Assembly (NCBI GenBank): GCA_002293025.1
Contig: DBCL01000007.1
Span: forward strand, 27,212-69,174
Direction of reading: 5' to 3'
Source of the DNA: Actinobacteria bacterium UBA959
GTDB lineage: Bacteria; Actinomycetota; Actinomycetes; S36-B12; UBA5976
DNA: 41,963 nucleotides
The notes beneath the pieces are model-generated. The model was not told where the DNA came from. It searched no databases and saw nothing but the letters and a program-made list of their open reading frames with translations. The position numbers were made by a program, and so were the translations under genes. Within the stretch, counting starts at the first letter, position 1. Every line of letters starts with the position of its first letter. This document shows, piece by piece, positions 19,578-29,076 of the stretch.

Positions 19578-20006
19578 TTAGTTGATTACAGATTCAGAGA
19601 AGTCTTTTTCAGGGAAGAGTTCTTTAAGAAGTAGTCGCACTCGTAGGTCTATGTCATTTCGGATAGCCCGCACAGACTCAATTCCTTGACCTGCTGGGTC
19701 TTCTAATTTCCAATCTAAATAATTTTTCCCAGGGTAGATAGCGCAGGCATCACCACAACCCATAGTTATCACAACGTCACTTGCTTGCACCATGGCATCT
19801 TCTAATTTCTTTGGGATTCCATCTAGGATCGCAACCCCTAGCTCCTCGAGTGCTGTCTTGGCAACTGGATTCATGGTTTCAGCTGGCATTGAACCAGCAC
19901 TTCGCACTACGACATCTTCTGGTGCGTAATGTGCAAGGAGAGCGGCAGCCATTTGAGACCGTCCAGCGTTATGGACACAGACAAACAAAACTTCAGTTGG
20001 CTTCAT
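19578..20006 (-). CDS. arsC: Arsenate reductase ArsC (LMW-PTP fold)
   Basis: LFVCVHNAGRSQMA, TMGCGDAC, DWKLEDPAG. Confidence 0.88.
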   Translation of the reverse strand: MKPTEVLFVCVHNAGRSQMAAALLAHYAPEDVVVRSAGSMPAETMNPVAKTALEELGVAILDGIPKKLEDAMVQASDVVITMGCGDACAIYPGKNYLDWKLEDPAGQGIESVRAIRNDIDLRVRLLLKELFPEKDFSESVIN

Positions 20007-20066
20007 GATTCAATCCTAAGTCTGATTTTCAACACAGTTTAACTTTGCTAATTAACAGCAGGTGAA

Positions 20067-21305
20067 CTATCGCAAAATTTGTCGGGCTGTTCGGTCGTAA
20101 GTTAGGTAGTTCCAGCCCCAGTCAATGACTACTTGAAGTCGGTTACGCCCTCCAAGTAGATATGCCAAATGCAGACCTAACCAAGCCAGCCAGGCAATCA
20201 AACCACTGATTCGAATTTTGCCAACCCAGACAACTGCATCAGATCTTCCAATTGTGGCCATCGACCCTTTATCGCGATACTTAAGTTCTGGGTGGTCAGG
20301 ATCTTTAAGGAGGGCGGCAACATGTCTGCCCATCTGCATAGCAACTGGTGCAACCATGGGAAGAATTGTCCCCTTTTCATTGCGAGCAGCGAGATCACCT
20401 ACTACAAAAATATTTGGATAGCTTGTTCCAGTTGGTCGACAATGCCCATCAACTTCAATGCGACCATCTCGCCTGGCAGAAACTCCCAAGTGTCTAGCCA
20501 AAATATCACCCAATGAATTGCCCTTAACGCCAGCAGTCCACACAGTTAAGTTGGATTCCAACAGGCGGCCACCTTTTAAGGAAACGTCCTTAGCAGTTAC
20601 TTCAGCAACTTGTCCTTGCGTTAGCACCTCAACTCCTCGCCTGATCAAGTCACGCTTTGCAACAGCTGAAAGTGAGTCAGGAAACATTGGCAAGAGTCGG
20701 TCGCCAGCCTCAACCAAAGTCACCTTGAGCGCTGATGGGCCAAGTTCAGGAAAATCCTTATGTAATACTTTAGATAATTCTGCTAAAGCTCCGGCCAGCT
20801 CAACTCCAGTAGGGCCACCACCAACAATGACGATTGGGACTGCATGGTGCCCATATCTAGAAGCATCTTCTAATGCACGCATTACCTTTGATCGAATTAA
20901 AAGAGCTTCGTCAATAGTTTTCATTCCTAAGGTGTGCTCTTTAGCTCCCTTTACTCCAAAATCTGCAGTTACGGAACCTGCTGCCACCACTAGGGTGTCA
21001 TAATTAATGCGCTCACCAGAACCTAGTAGAACTCTATTGTGATCAGGTTCAATATCGATCACCGTATCAAGCAAAAATGTTGCACCACTTTTTCTAATTG
21101 CAGCTCGAGCAGGGTGAGCGATCGATTCGGCAGTTAATCCAGCCGAAGCAACTTGATAAAGCAATGGAGAAAATGTGTGATAGTTATGCGTATCAATGAG
21201 CGTGATCTGAGAACTGGAATCATCTAACGCTTTGATAAACGACAGGCCGCCAAACCCAGCACCGATTACTACCACTTGCTTCTTTAGGGTCAAATCGGGT
21301 TTCAC
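20067..21305 (-). CDS. ndh: Type II NADH dehydrogenase
   Basis: GAGFGG, PLLYQVA, GGGPTGVELAG, VWTAGV, YRDKGSMATIGR. Confidence 0.9.
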   Translation of the reverse strand: MKPDLTLKKQVVVIGAGFGGLSFIKALDDSSSQITLIDTHNYHTFSPLLYQVASAGLTAESIAHPARAAIRKSGATFLLDTVIDIEPDHNRVLLGSGERINYDTLVVAAGSVTADFGVKGAKEHTLGMKTIDEALLIRSKVMRALEDASRYGHHAVPIVIVGGGPTGVELAGALAELSKVLHKDFPELGPSALKVTLVEAGDRLLPMFPDSLSAVAKRDLIRRGVEVLTQGQVAEVTAKDVSLKGGRLLESNLTVWTAGVKGNSLGDILARHLGVSARRDGRIEVDGHCRPTGTSYPNIFVVGDLAARNEKGTILPMVAPVAMQMGRHVAALLKDPDHPELKYRDKGSMATIGRSDAVVWVGKIRISGLIAWLAWLGLHLAYLLGGRNRLQVVIDWGWNYLTYDRTARQILR

Positions 21306-21384
21306 GAAGGCCTTTCTTATGCGGGTCTAAACAGATTCAGAGTCTATTGCCAATAAGGTGGCCCGGCATGAGACAAACCAATAA

Positions 21385-21540
21385 ACAGCACACGGGGCTG
21401 CTGGCGCGCCTCTGGTAACGATTTTGTACACCTATTTTCTAATCGGTGATGCTTCGTTATCACTTGAATATTTAGGAGTTGCCATAGTGGTCTTTGGGTT
21501 AGGAATGGCTCAGTCGCGACAGAAAGGGTCAGCTAAGTAA
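21385..21540 (+). pseudogene. Probable 3' remnant of an EamA/DMT-like membrane transporter gene
   Basis: Stop-to-stop frame TAHGAAGAPLVTILYTYFLIGDASLSLEYLGVAIVVFGLGMAQSRQKGSAK*; in-frame TAA at 21382; no usable start ahead of the first helix; TAATG overlap with next gene. Confidence 0.5.
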
Positions 21541-22442
21541 TGGCTCGCACGGCACTGTTATTGGTGAACCCATCTGCTGGGGGAGGCCGAGCCAAACGTA
21601 AGGCCAATCTGGTTTTTGATTATTTAGTCAAGTCCGGATGGAGTGTTGAATTAGACGAAAGCAGTGATCTCGCAGATTTACAAAATAAAGTAAGAAGTTG
21701 CAATCAGGAAGTACTGGTTCTTCTAGCAGGGGATGGCAGCCTAAGAGCTGCGGCTGAGGAGTTAGTTCGACATCAAAAACCCACGTTGCTTGCCCCGCTT
21801 CCAGCAGGTAGAGGAAATGATTTCTGTTCTGCTCTTGGAATTTCAAAAAACTTAAATCAAGCGCTGCTTAATCTCTGCACCTCGGCAGAAGTTGTTGCGA
21901 TAGATGTGCTCAGCATCAACAAAGATCTCGTAGCCCTTGGTTCGATCAGCATTGGTCTGGACGCAACTGCTGGGGCTATTGCGCATAGTCTGCAAATGAG
22001 CAAAACACTTAAATCTAAACTCCTTAAAGGCGCTCCGCTCTATGTTTATGCAGCACTTAAAGCCTTGCGGTCTTGGCAGACTGCGCCTGTTCAGGTATCA
22101 GTTGATGAAGGTGCATTTGAGGACTTAGGAATTTGGCTCTATGTGGTTTCTAATTCTGGAATATTTGGAGGAGGCATGAAAATCTCTCCTAACTCTGGAC
22201 TAACCGATGGCGTATTTGAGATTATCCAAGTTGGTGAAGTAAGTAAATTTGACTTTTTAAAGACCTTGCCAAAGGTTTTTAAAGGTACACACTTGACACA
22301 CCCAAAATTAAGTATGCGAACTGCCTATAAACTAGAAATATCCAGTTCCAAGAATTTAAGTGTCTTCGCAGATGGTGACCCAATTACGGATTTACCTATA
22401 TCAATTGGGATATTGAATTCGGCTCTAAAGGTACTCAAATAA
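21540..22442 (+). CDS. Diacylglycerol/lipid kinase family protein (YegS/DAGK)
   Basis: VNPSAGGG, AGDGSL, LPAGRGNDF, GGGMKISP, FADGD. Confidence 0.9.
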   Translation: MARTALLLVNPSAGGGRAKRKANLVFDYLVKSGWSVELDESSDLADLQNKVRSCNQEVLVLLAGDGSLRAAAEELVRHQKPTLLAPLPAGRGNDFCSALGISKNLNQALLNLCTSAEVVAIDVLSINKDLVALGSISIGLDATAGAIAHSLQMSKTLKSKLLKGAPLYVYAALKALRSWQTAPVQVSVDEGAFEDLGIWLYVVSNSGIFGGGMKISPNSGLTDGVFEIIQVGEVSKFDFLKTLPKVFKGTHLTHPKLSMRTAYKLEISSSKNLSVFADGDPITDLPISIGILNSALKVLK

Positions 22443-22477
22443 GAAACAGCAGGTGGTGTGTGGACACCACCTGCTGT
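22441..22477 (-). terminator. Intrinsic terminator (14-bp stem)
   Basis: ACAGCAGGTGGTGT (22446-22459), 4-nt loop, ACACCACCTGCTGT (22464-22477); U-rich tail TTTCTT on minus strand. Confidence 0.8.
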
Positions 22478-22542
22478 GCGAGTTGAGACTTCCACAATTG
22501 CTCGTGGGCTCCTACCCTCGTATGCGAATTCAACTCTGGCTT
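22441..22542 (-). ncRNA. Candidate structured small RNA or structured trmB 3' UTR (family not recognised)
   Basis: Minus-strand pairings GAGUUGA/UCAACUC enclosing UUCG-CAUA-CGAG and CCACGA-GCAA-UUGUGG, followed by the terminator. Confidence 0.4.
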
Positions 22543-22594
22543 ACGCAATTAAGCAAATTAGAAAATCTAAAGTTGTAGTTGAGAGTTTTTTAGT

Positions 22595-23260
22595 TTAGTT
22601 TGCTGGTTTTTTGGAGGCTATAAACTCTCGTATTGGTCGACCGTCAGCTATGCCTCTGCGCTCAAATTTGGTTATTGGCCGCCAATTTGGTCTCGCAACT
22701 AACTCAACGCAATCAATCCTAGAATCTTGGGCAAGCACCAATGCCATTTGTTTACCGTAATGCTCCCAGTCAGTGATGGTATGAATTCGACCACCAACCT
22801 TGAGTTTATTGATAAATAGACCCAAGAATTGATCACTGATAATTCTTCTATTTTGGTGTTTGGTTTTTCGCCATGGATCTGGAAACCAAATGCGGAGCTC
22901 ATCAAGGGACTCGCTGGGTACACAATCATTTAAAACCTCAATTGCATCCCTTACTACAACCCTTATGTTGGGTAATCCACTTTCTTTCGCCTTTGCAATC
23001 AACGAGCCAACTCCTGGAGTGTGCACCTCCACACAAATAAGCAGAACATCTGGATTTTTTTGGGCAAACTCCAACGCTGCCTCACCCATGCCTGAGCCAA
23101 TTTCCAAAATGACCTGGTGATGTGGATAGATAGACTGGAAATCCCAAACCCCAGGCGGCATCAAGAATTCATCTAGGTAGTTTTGTAGGGCAAATGTTGC
23201 AGAAGTCGAAGGCCGGCTACGCCTGGGATGAAACGTGCGGATGTGACTAACGATTGGCAT
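22595..23260 (-). CDS. trmB: tRNA (guanine-N7)-methyltransferase
   Basis: LEIGSGMG, VEVHTPG, FPDPWRKTKHQNRR, TDWEHY, TKFERRG. Confidence 0.95.
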   Translation of the reverse strand: MPIVSHIRTFHPRRSRPSTSATFALQNYLDEFLMPPGVWDFQSIYPHHQVILEIGSGMGEAALEFAQKNPDVLLICVEVHTPGVGSLIAKAKESGLPNIRVVVRDAIEVLNDCVPSESLDELRIWFPDPWRKTKHQNRRIISDQFLGLFINKLKVGGRIHTITDWEHYGKQMALVLAQDSRIDCVELVARPNWRPITKFERRGIADGRPIREFIASKKPAN

Positions 23261-23729
23261 GTAACTGTTTTCTAATTACGCAGACAGGATGGTTGGCTAT
23301 TTGGGCAGTTCTAACAAATTGCCACCCTAACGATTCATACCAATTCAATTTGTCTTCAGTGTACGCAAACAATTCTTTAAATCCTAAAGATTGAACTTTC
23401 TGTTCTTGTGCAGTAACCAGCAGTGTTCCTATCCCTTTTCTTCTAAATCTTGGATGAACAAACACTGCAGCCAACCATGGACCAGATTCATCAGCCCCAG
23501 GTAACTCATCATCTTTAAGAACTGAAGCAACTCCAGCCAATTCACCATTGACTAAGGCACAACAAGCCAACGGCACAGATCTAGTGAAATCTGATTCCTT
23601 GTAGTGGTTCAAATACCATTGAGCTGAATCATTGGGAAAGGAATCCCGCCACATTCGAACACTCCAGGCTGCGGCCTGGGATCTAAGCGCTGCATCTTTA
23701 GGCATTTTGTGAATGCTGATGCGGGTCAT
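23247..23729 (-). CDS. GNAT family N-acetyltransferase
   Basis: PWLAAVFVHPRFRRKGIG, WYESLGW. Confidence 0.88.
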   Translation of the reverse strand: MTRISIHKMPKDAALRSQAAAWSVRMWRDSFPNDSAQWYLNHYKESDFTRSVPLACCALVNGELAGVASVLKDDELPGADESGPWLAAVFVHPRFRRKGIGTLLVTAQEQKVQSLGFKELFAYTEDKLNWYESLGWQFVRTAQIANHPVCVIRKQLHANR

Positions 23730-23765
23730 GGCTAGATCTTGCCCTAGGTAGGCAAAGATTTCACT

Positions 23766-24641
23766 ATGGCCACTACCTCATTTGTTTACCCACCCCCAAC
23801 GGATGGAAAACCATTTAGATTGGTTATGGGGTTGCGGCAATTAGATCCAGCAAACTTCCTAGAGGGCGGCTCAGATTTGTTAACTCAAATTCAAGAGCGC
23901 AACCAGATAATTGAATTGAAACGTGAGATTGTTTTTCAAGCATTGCCTGATTTTACTGATCCAGCAGAGCAGTTCAAAGAATTGATTCTGCAAAACTTAA
24001 GGCAGTTTCATTCTCAGACCTATCAGATCACAGGGAAAAATCTTATTGAACATAAACCATCTGGGATAAAGGTGGATTTAGACACAGATCACCCATTCGT
24101 CTGCTTGGGAAGAATTATTCCAGAGGATTTGTGCTTAATGTCTCGGATAGAAAATGAATGGGTCCTAACGGCTGGACTCGTAGCTTATCCATCAAGGTGG
24201 AGTTTGCAGGAAAAGATCGGTCAAGGGTTAGACCAAATTCATCAACCAGTTCCTGATTATCAAAAAGCATTGCAGCCAGTCATGACCCCTACTTTTGACA
24301 AACTAGTTTGGCAGCGTCCAGTTTGGCGTTTGAATTGGGCACTGCATAGCTCTCCCCAGTTACACCAACCAACTGCCGTGCACATGGACGCAGATCCGTG
24401 GGATTACTGGTGGCGAACTGAGCGCCAAACCTTAACCAAACTTGAGGGTCGAGATCACATACTTTTCACAATTCGAAACCGCACTGAACCATTAAGTCTG
24501 ATAAAGCAAAACCCAGAGGCAGCTAAGGGGTTTGGAGAAGCTTTGGCATCTCTTAGCCCTGAGACAATTGCCTATAAGGGGCTGTCGAAACAACATCAAC
24601 AAATAGTCGATGCGCTTTGCTCATTAAAGCTAGGGAATTAA
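23766..24641 (+). CDS. DUF3445 / heme-dependent oxidative N-demethylase alpha-subunit family protein
   Basis: MGLRQLD, EDLCLM, PSRWSLQEKIG...IHQPVP, VWRLNW, RTERQTL.KL, LFTIR. Confidence 0.82.
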   Translation: MATTSFVYPPPTDGKPFRLVMGLRQLDPANFLEGGSDLLTQIQERNQIIELKREIVFQALPDFTDPAEQFKELILQNLRQFHSQTYQITGKNLIEHKPSGIKVDLDTDHPFVCLGRIIPEDLCLMSRIENEWVLTAGLVAYPSRWSLQEKIGQGLDQIHQPVPDYQKALQPVMTPTFDKLVWQRPVWRLNWALHSSPQLHQPTAVHMDADPWDYWWRTERQTLTKLEGRDHILFTIRNRTEPLSLIKQNPEAAKGFGEALASLSPETIAYKGLSKQHQQIVDALCSLKLGN

Positions 24642-25736
24642 ATCTACTAGTTTTGCTGCTAACTCGATTTCGGTTGCTTGATCACGGGTCAAAGTTTGGG
24701 CAGGGTAATTGTCAACATGAGCAAATGGATCGGCTAATAGCTTTACCTGAGATAATTCCTGAAGTACTGCTTGCCCACAAAAAGGTGCATAAACTGCACT
24801 GTAGCCACCTTCATGTGTCATCAAAATTCGACCATCACAAACTTCTGCAGCAACTTTCATCAGTTTGGCTGTAAGAGATCCATATCCATTTGCAGTTAAA
24901 AGCATTCGACCCAAAGGATCAAAGACACAGGCATCAAATCCAGACGCGACAATAATTAGTTCAGGCTTAAATTTCAAGATAGCTGGAACTACCACTTGAT
25001 CAAATACGCTCTCATATCCTTGATTACCAACTCCTGCAGGTAGTGGAACATTTATGTTTGTTCCGATGGCATTCGACGCTCCCGTTTCAGATCTCAAACC
25101 ACTATCGTGTGGGTATAGACGATCTTGGTGGATAGAAAGAGTTAGGACAGAAGCGTCATCGTAGAAAATATCTTGTGAGCCATTACCGTGGTGCACATCC
25201 CAGTCAATGATTGCAACCCTTGAAATCCCATGAACTCCTTGAGCATGTTTTACGGCTAGCGCTGCATTAGAAAATATGCAATAACCCATCCCTAGGTCTG
25301 AAACAGCATGGTGTCCAGGTGGTCGAACTAATGCGTAGCCATTTGTAATTTTCTTACTAAAAATTGCGTCAACCATTTCCAATATGCCACCTGCAGCTAA
25401 GGCCGCAATCTCATACCCACCTTTACCGAATGGAGTGGTCAAATCTCCAGCGTCACCACCAAGTCTTAGCTGTGACTGAGATTTAATCGAGTCTATGTAA
25501 GTTTGTGTGTGAACCCTGAGCAATTCTTGATTTGTTATTTGCCGTGGCTCAATTCTGATTAAGTGCTTGATTAATCCTGATACAACAATCAACTCATGAA
25601 TGCGCCGCTTAGTGTCTGCATGTTCATAATTGTGGTAGGGCTGCAAACCTATGCCTGGGTCAGTGGGGGCATCCCCAGCAAACGTTCCGGTGTCATGCCA
25701 GCCAAAGACTTCATGGTAAAGGTATCCCGTATTCAC
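24630..25736 (-). CDS. Class II histone deacetylase-like (Zn-dependent) deacylase
   Basis: RPPGHHA, IDWDVHHGNG, SIHQ, NVPLP, ASGFDA, HEGGYS. Confidence 0.92.
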   Translation of the reverse strand: MNTGYLYHEVFGWHDTGTFAGDAPTDPGIGLQPYHNYEHADTKRRIHELIVVSGLIKHLIRIEPRQITNQELLRVHTQTYIDSIKSQSQLRLGGDAGDLTTPFGKGGYEIAALAAGGILEMVDAIFSKKITNGYALVRPPGHHAVSDLGMGYCIFSNAALAVKHAQGVHGISRVAIIDWDVHHGNGSQDIFYDDASVLTLSIHQDRLYPHDSGLRSETGASNAIGTNINVPLPAGVGNQGYESVFDQVVVPAILKFKPELIIVASGFDACVFDPLGRMLLTANGYGSLTAKLMKVAAEVCDGRILMTHEGGYSAVYAPFCGQAVLQELSQVKLLADPFAHVDNYPAQTLTRDQATEIELAAKLVDLIP

Positions 25737-25770
25737 AGGGACATCTAACTACATCGTCTATCCTTAGGGT

Positions 25771-26259
25771 ATGGCTGACTTTTCCTTTGACATCGTGAGC
25801 AAGGCAGACCGCATGGAAGTAGACAATGCGGTTAATCAAGCTATCCGAGAACTCGCCAACAGGTTTGATTTCAAGAACACCAATGCTGCAATTGAACTCA
25901 CTGGCGAGAAAATAAAAATTTCTGCTGACACCGAAGAGCGCTGCAAAGCAGCTTTTGAAGTGCTTAAGGATAAGTGGGTTCGGCGTGAGTTGTCCTTGAA
26001 GCAGTTAGATACTTCAGACCCGTTGCTCTCTGGCAAGACTTACTCTCAAAATGCAGTAATCAAAGAGGGAATTTCCAGCGAGAATGCTAAAAAGGTAACT
26101 AAGTTAATTAGGGACCAAGGACCGAAATCAGCCAAGTCTCAAATTCAAGGGGATGAACTGCGAGTTAGTAGTAAAAGTAAGGATGACCTCCAGGCAGTAA
26201 TGGCTCTTGTTAAGGGTGCTGATTTTGATTTTGCAGTGCAGTTTACAAATTTTCGTTAG
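25771..26259 (+). CDS. yajQ: YajQ family nucleotide (c-di-GMP)-binding protein
   Basis: [37 protein letters not shown]. Confidence 0.95.
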   Translation: MADFSFDIVSKADRMEVDNAVNQAIRELANRFDFKNTNAAIELTGEKIKISADTEERCKAAFEVLKDKWVRRELSLKQLDTSDPLLSGKTYSQNAVIKEGISSENAKKVTKLIRDQGPKSAKSQIQGDELRVSSKSKDDLQAVMALVKGADFDFAVQFTNFR

Positions 26260-28223
26260 TTATTGACTTTAAGGACATTACTTTCTTGGGTTTTCCCATC
26301 TGAAGAGATGAGAACAGCTTTTATCTCAAAGTTTGAATAGCTCTTCACAGAATTTGGGTCTAAAAAGTATCTAAACGGCGCAGTTGCATCTGTTCCCAGT
26401 AACTCCCAGGACGTTGAATTTGGGTACTTTATCCAGAACTGACCTTGAGTTAGATCTTTAGTTTCAACTTCTAGCTGAATTGAATTAAACCCAGTCCCTG
26501 GATCTTTAGTTAAAGCTAACTTCTTTATGGTGGCCCCAGCAAGATTAAGCTCGCGATCAGATTGCAGAACTAATGTTGATAAGGCAGGTACCGTGAATGT
26601 AACTTGATTACCCTTAACCTTAACTACAGATTTTCCGAGCAAATTCTTCCATCGGGCATCGCTAGTACTCGTTCTAATTGTTATCGTTCTAGGTTTTGCT
26701 GTGTTGTTAAATCCAACTAAGTATTCGATATTCTCTTCTGGATCACGTTTGGAAACTACAGTAACTGCAGAATTGGCGACACGTACCTGCATCTGATGGT
26801 TTCCCAAGCCTGGATGGTCTTTCCGTAAGGCACTCAATGTCTTCAGATACTTTGCCAATGGATGAGTTTCAGTAGCTTTAAACGAATCCGAATTTCCAAT
26901 TGGCTTTCCACCAACTCGCAGCTCAGTTTTCCAAACGTCAACTGCTGTTTGGAACATGTCCTGCCTGGCTAATTGGTCAGTGCCTGAATAGCTACCAGTC
27001 ATTCCTACCTCATCACCGTAGTAGACGGTTGGAATTCCGCGAGTTAAATACATTAAGTCATGCGCTAACTTGACACGTTTTATGGCATCTGAATCAGACT
27101 GATATCTCGCAGTTGAGATAAACAGTCCCACTCTACCCATATCGTGATTACCTAGAAAAGTAACTAGATTATTTGCATTCGTTGTCTGACTTATGTAGTA
27201 ATCATCAGCAAGAAACAAATTTCTTAAAACTACACCAGTTTCAAGCCCTGTTGCAAAAGAAACAGCTGCCTTCTGAAAAGGAAAATCTAGAACACTATCC
27301 AGCTTTTCACGTCTAACATAGTTCATTAGTTCGGCAGGATTTGATTCCCAAACTTCACCAAAAATAGTGAAGTTATTTACTCCCACAGATTTAGCAGCTG
27401 AATCAATTAACGGATTCCAACGTACAAAAAACTTTTCATCGACATGTTTGGCAGTATCAACTCGAAACCCAGAGAGACCGTAGTCCTTAATCCAATCGCC
27501 ATATACATCTGCCCAACCCAAATATACTTCTGGATTTTCAGTGGCTAGATCATCGAGGGTGAAAAAGTCACCCATGCGTTGACAATTAGCGCCTCCCCAG
27601 CAATTATCCAATGTCCCAACGCCGTGGTAATTTGAAATCTTATTGAGCCAGGATGGAGATCTAGCACCCTCTAATCCAGCAGGAATATATGCAGTCTTTC
27701 CGTCGTACTTATTTATGTCACCAGTGTGGTTTGTAACTACATCCAAAACCACTTTCAATCCAAGCTTCTTAGCGCAGTTAGTGAGTGCTAGGAACTCAGC
27801 CTTAGTACCCAGATGCGGATCTGTAGTGTCAAATTTCACCCCCCAATAGCCGTGGTAGCCAGCTCCCGAAGTTGTGGCCTTTGCTTGCTCCACAATTGGA
27901 GTCAACCAAACTGTCGTAAAGCCCAATTCCTTGATTCGATACAAGCCTTTATCACCACGAGCGCATGTCCCAGTTAAGCCCCTAAAGTCGCCACCATGGA
28001 AAAAAGCAGTATGGCTTTTTAAAAATCCGTCAGTGGGATCGCTCGTCAAGCCCCCAGCCAGATCATTGCTAGGGCTGCCATTTAGATACCTATCCGTAAA
28101 AACAAAGTAGATAAGTTCATCCGCTAATTGCGTTCTAATGGCTTCGGGTTTAGTTTCAGCAGCACTTACGGTGCCTAATGTCGAGATGGTGCCAATCAGG
28201 ATCAGCACCACTAATTTACGCAT
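26256..28223 (-). CDS. Secreted GH13 alpha-amylase/amylopullulanase-like glycosidase
   Basis: Signal peptide ending VSA; [50 protein letters not shown]. Confidence 0.92.
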   Translation of the reverse strand: MRKLVVLILIGTISTLGTVSAAETKPEAIRTQLADELIYFVFTDRYLNGSPSNDLAGGLTSDPTDGFLKSHTAFFHGGDFRGLTGTCARGDKGLYRIKELGFTTVWLTPIVEQAKATTSGAGYHGYWGVKFDTTDPHLGTKAEFLALTNCAKKLGLKVVLDVVTNHTGDINKYDGKTAYIPAGLEGARSPSWLNKISNYHGVGTLDNCWGGANCQRMGDFFTLDDLATENPEVYLGWADVYGDWIKDYGLSGFRVDTAKHVDEKFFVRWNPLIDSAAKSVGVNNFTIFGEVWESNPAELMNYVRREKLDSVLDFPFQKAAVSFATGLETGVVLRNLFLADDYYISQTTNANNLVTFLGNHDMGRVGLFISTARYQSDSDAIKRVKLAHDLMYLTRGIPTVYYGDEVGMTGSYSGTDQLARQDMFQTAVDVWKTELRVGGKPIGNSDSFKATETHPLAKYLKTLSALRKDHPGLGNHQMQVRVANSAVTVVSKRDPEENIEYLVGFNNTAKPRTITIRTSTSDARWKNLLGKSVVKVKGNQVTFTVPALSTLVLQSDRELNLAGATIKKLALTKDPGTGFNSIQLEVETKDLTQGQFWIKYPNSTSWELLGTDATAPFRYFLDPNSVKSYSNFEIKAVLISSDGKTQESNVLKVNN

Positions 28224-28227
28224 GTAA

Positions 28228-29076
28228 TTATCCCTTAGTCGATCCAGCAGTCAAGCCATTAATAATGTATTTCTGTAACCAAAGAAACAAGATCACAATG
28301 GGAATGGATGCTAGTAGTGAACCAGCTGCGAATGGACCCCAATTTTGTCCGTATTGAGCTCCAACAAACTGCTGAAGTCCAACTGCGACTGTTCTGCTTT
28401 CAACGTCAACTAAAAAGAGTCTAGCCACAATGAATTCGTTGAAAGTTCCAATAAAGGAAAGCAAAGCAACTACAGCCAGAACTGGTGCGGCCAGTGGCAA
28501 GAAGATTAACCAAAAAGTTTGCATTGGGCTTGCCCCATCCATCTTGGCTGCCTCATCCAATTCAACTGGGATTGAATCCACAAAACCTTTGAGTAGCCAA
28601 ATGTTTACACCCATTGCGCCCCCCAAATAGATAAGAAGCAATCCACCTTTACTTCCCAGGCCAAGACTTGGGGCAAAAGTGTAAATACGTTCCATAATTA
28701 CATAAATCGCAGACAATGCCAAAATGGCTGGAAACATCTGCACAAGCAAAAGTGTCTGTAATCCAATCTTTTTTCCTTTGAAGCGCATCCTGGAAAATGC
28801 AAATGCTGATGCTGAGCCGATAGCCACTGAGATTATTGAAGAGGCTGCAGCAATGAGTAAGGTGTTTTGCATCCACTTAAGAAAAGGAATAGTTGGGTCA
28901 TTGAATAAAGACTCATAGTTATTCAAACTAAATTCTCTTGGAATAAATGAATCAATTTGTAGTGAGCCAGTCGGATTAAAGGAACTAAGAACTACTAAGT
29001 AAATCGGGAATAGGGCAAACAGAACTAAGGTCAGTGCGTATGCGTGCCTCCAAGATGCGATCAAGAATTTTTTCAT
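28228..29076 (-). CDS. malG: Maltodextrin ABC permease MalG
   Basis: FSRMRFKG, QMFP, ELDEAAKMDGA EAA loop, GLTAGSTKG. Confidence 0.9.
   Translation of the reverse strand: MKKFLIASWRHAYALTLVLFALFPIYLVVLSSFNPTGSLQIDSFIPREFSLNNYESLFNDPTIPFLKWMQNTLLIAAASSIISVAIGSASAFAFSRMRFKGKKIGLQTLLLVQMFPAILALSAIYVIMERIYTFAPSLGLGSKGGLLLIYLGGAMGVNIWLLKGFVDSIPVELDEAAKMDGASPMQTFWLIFLPLAAPVLAVVALLSFIGTFNEFIVARLFLVDVESRTVAVGLQQFVGAQYGQNWGPFAAGSLLASIPIVILFLWLQKYIINGLTAGSTKG

Noticed and set aside
20458-21003. 181-aa plus-strand ORF and the other short ORFs nested in or antisense to called genes
   Set aside because: Shadow frames of well-supported genes with no recognisable motifs
22326-22496. Minus-strand GTG ORF after an AGGAG within the candidate sRNA
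   Set aside because: Poor SD spacing; runs through the terminator and antisense into the kinase gene
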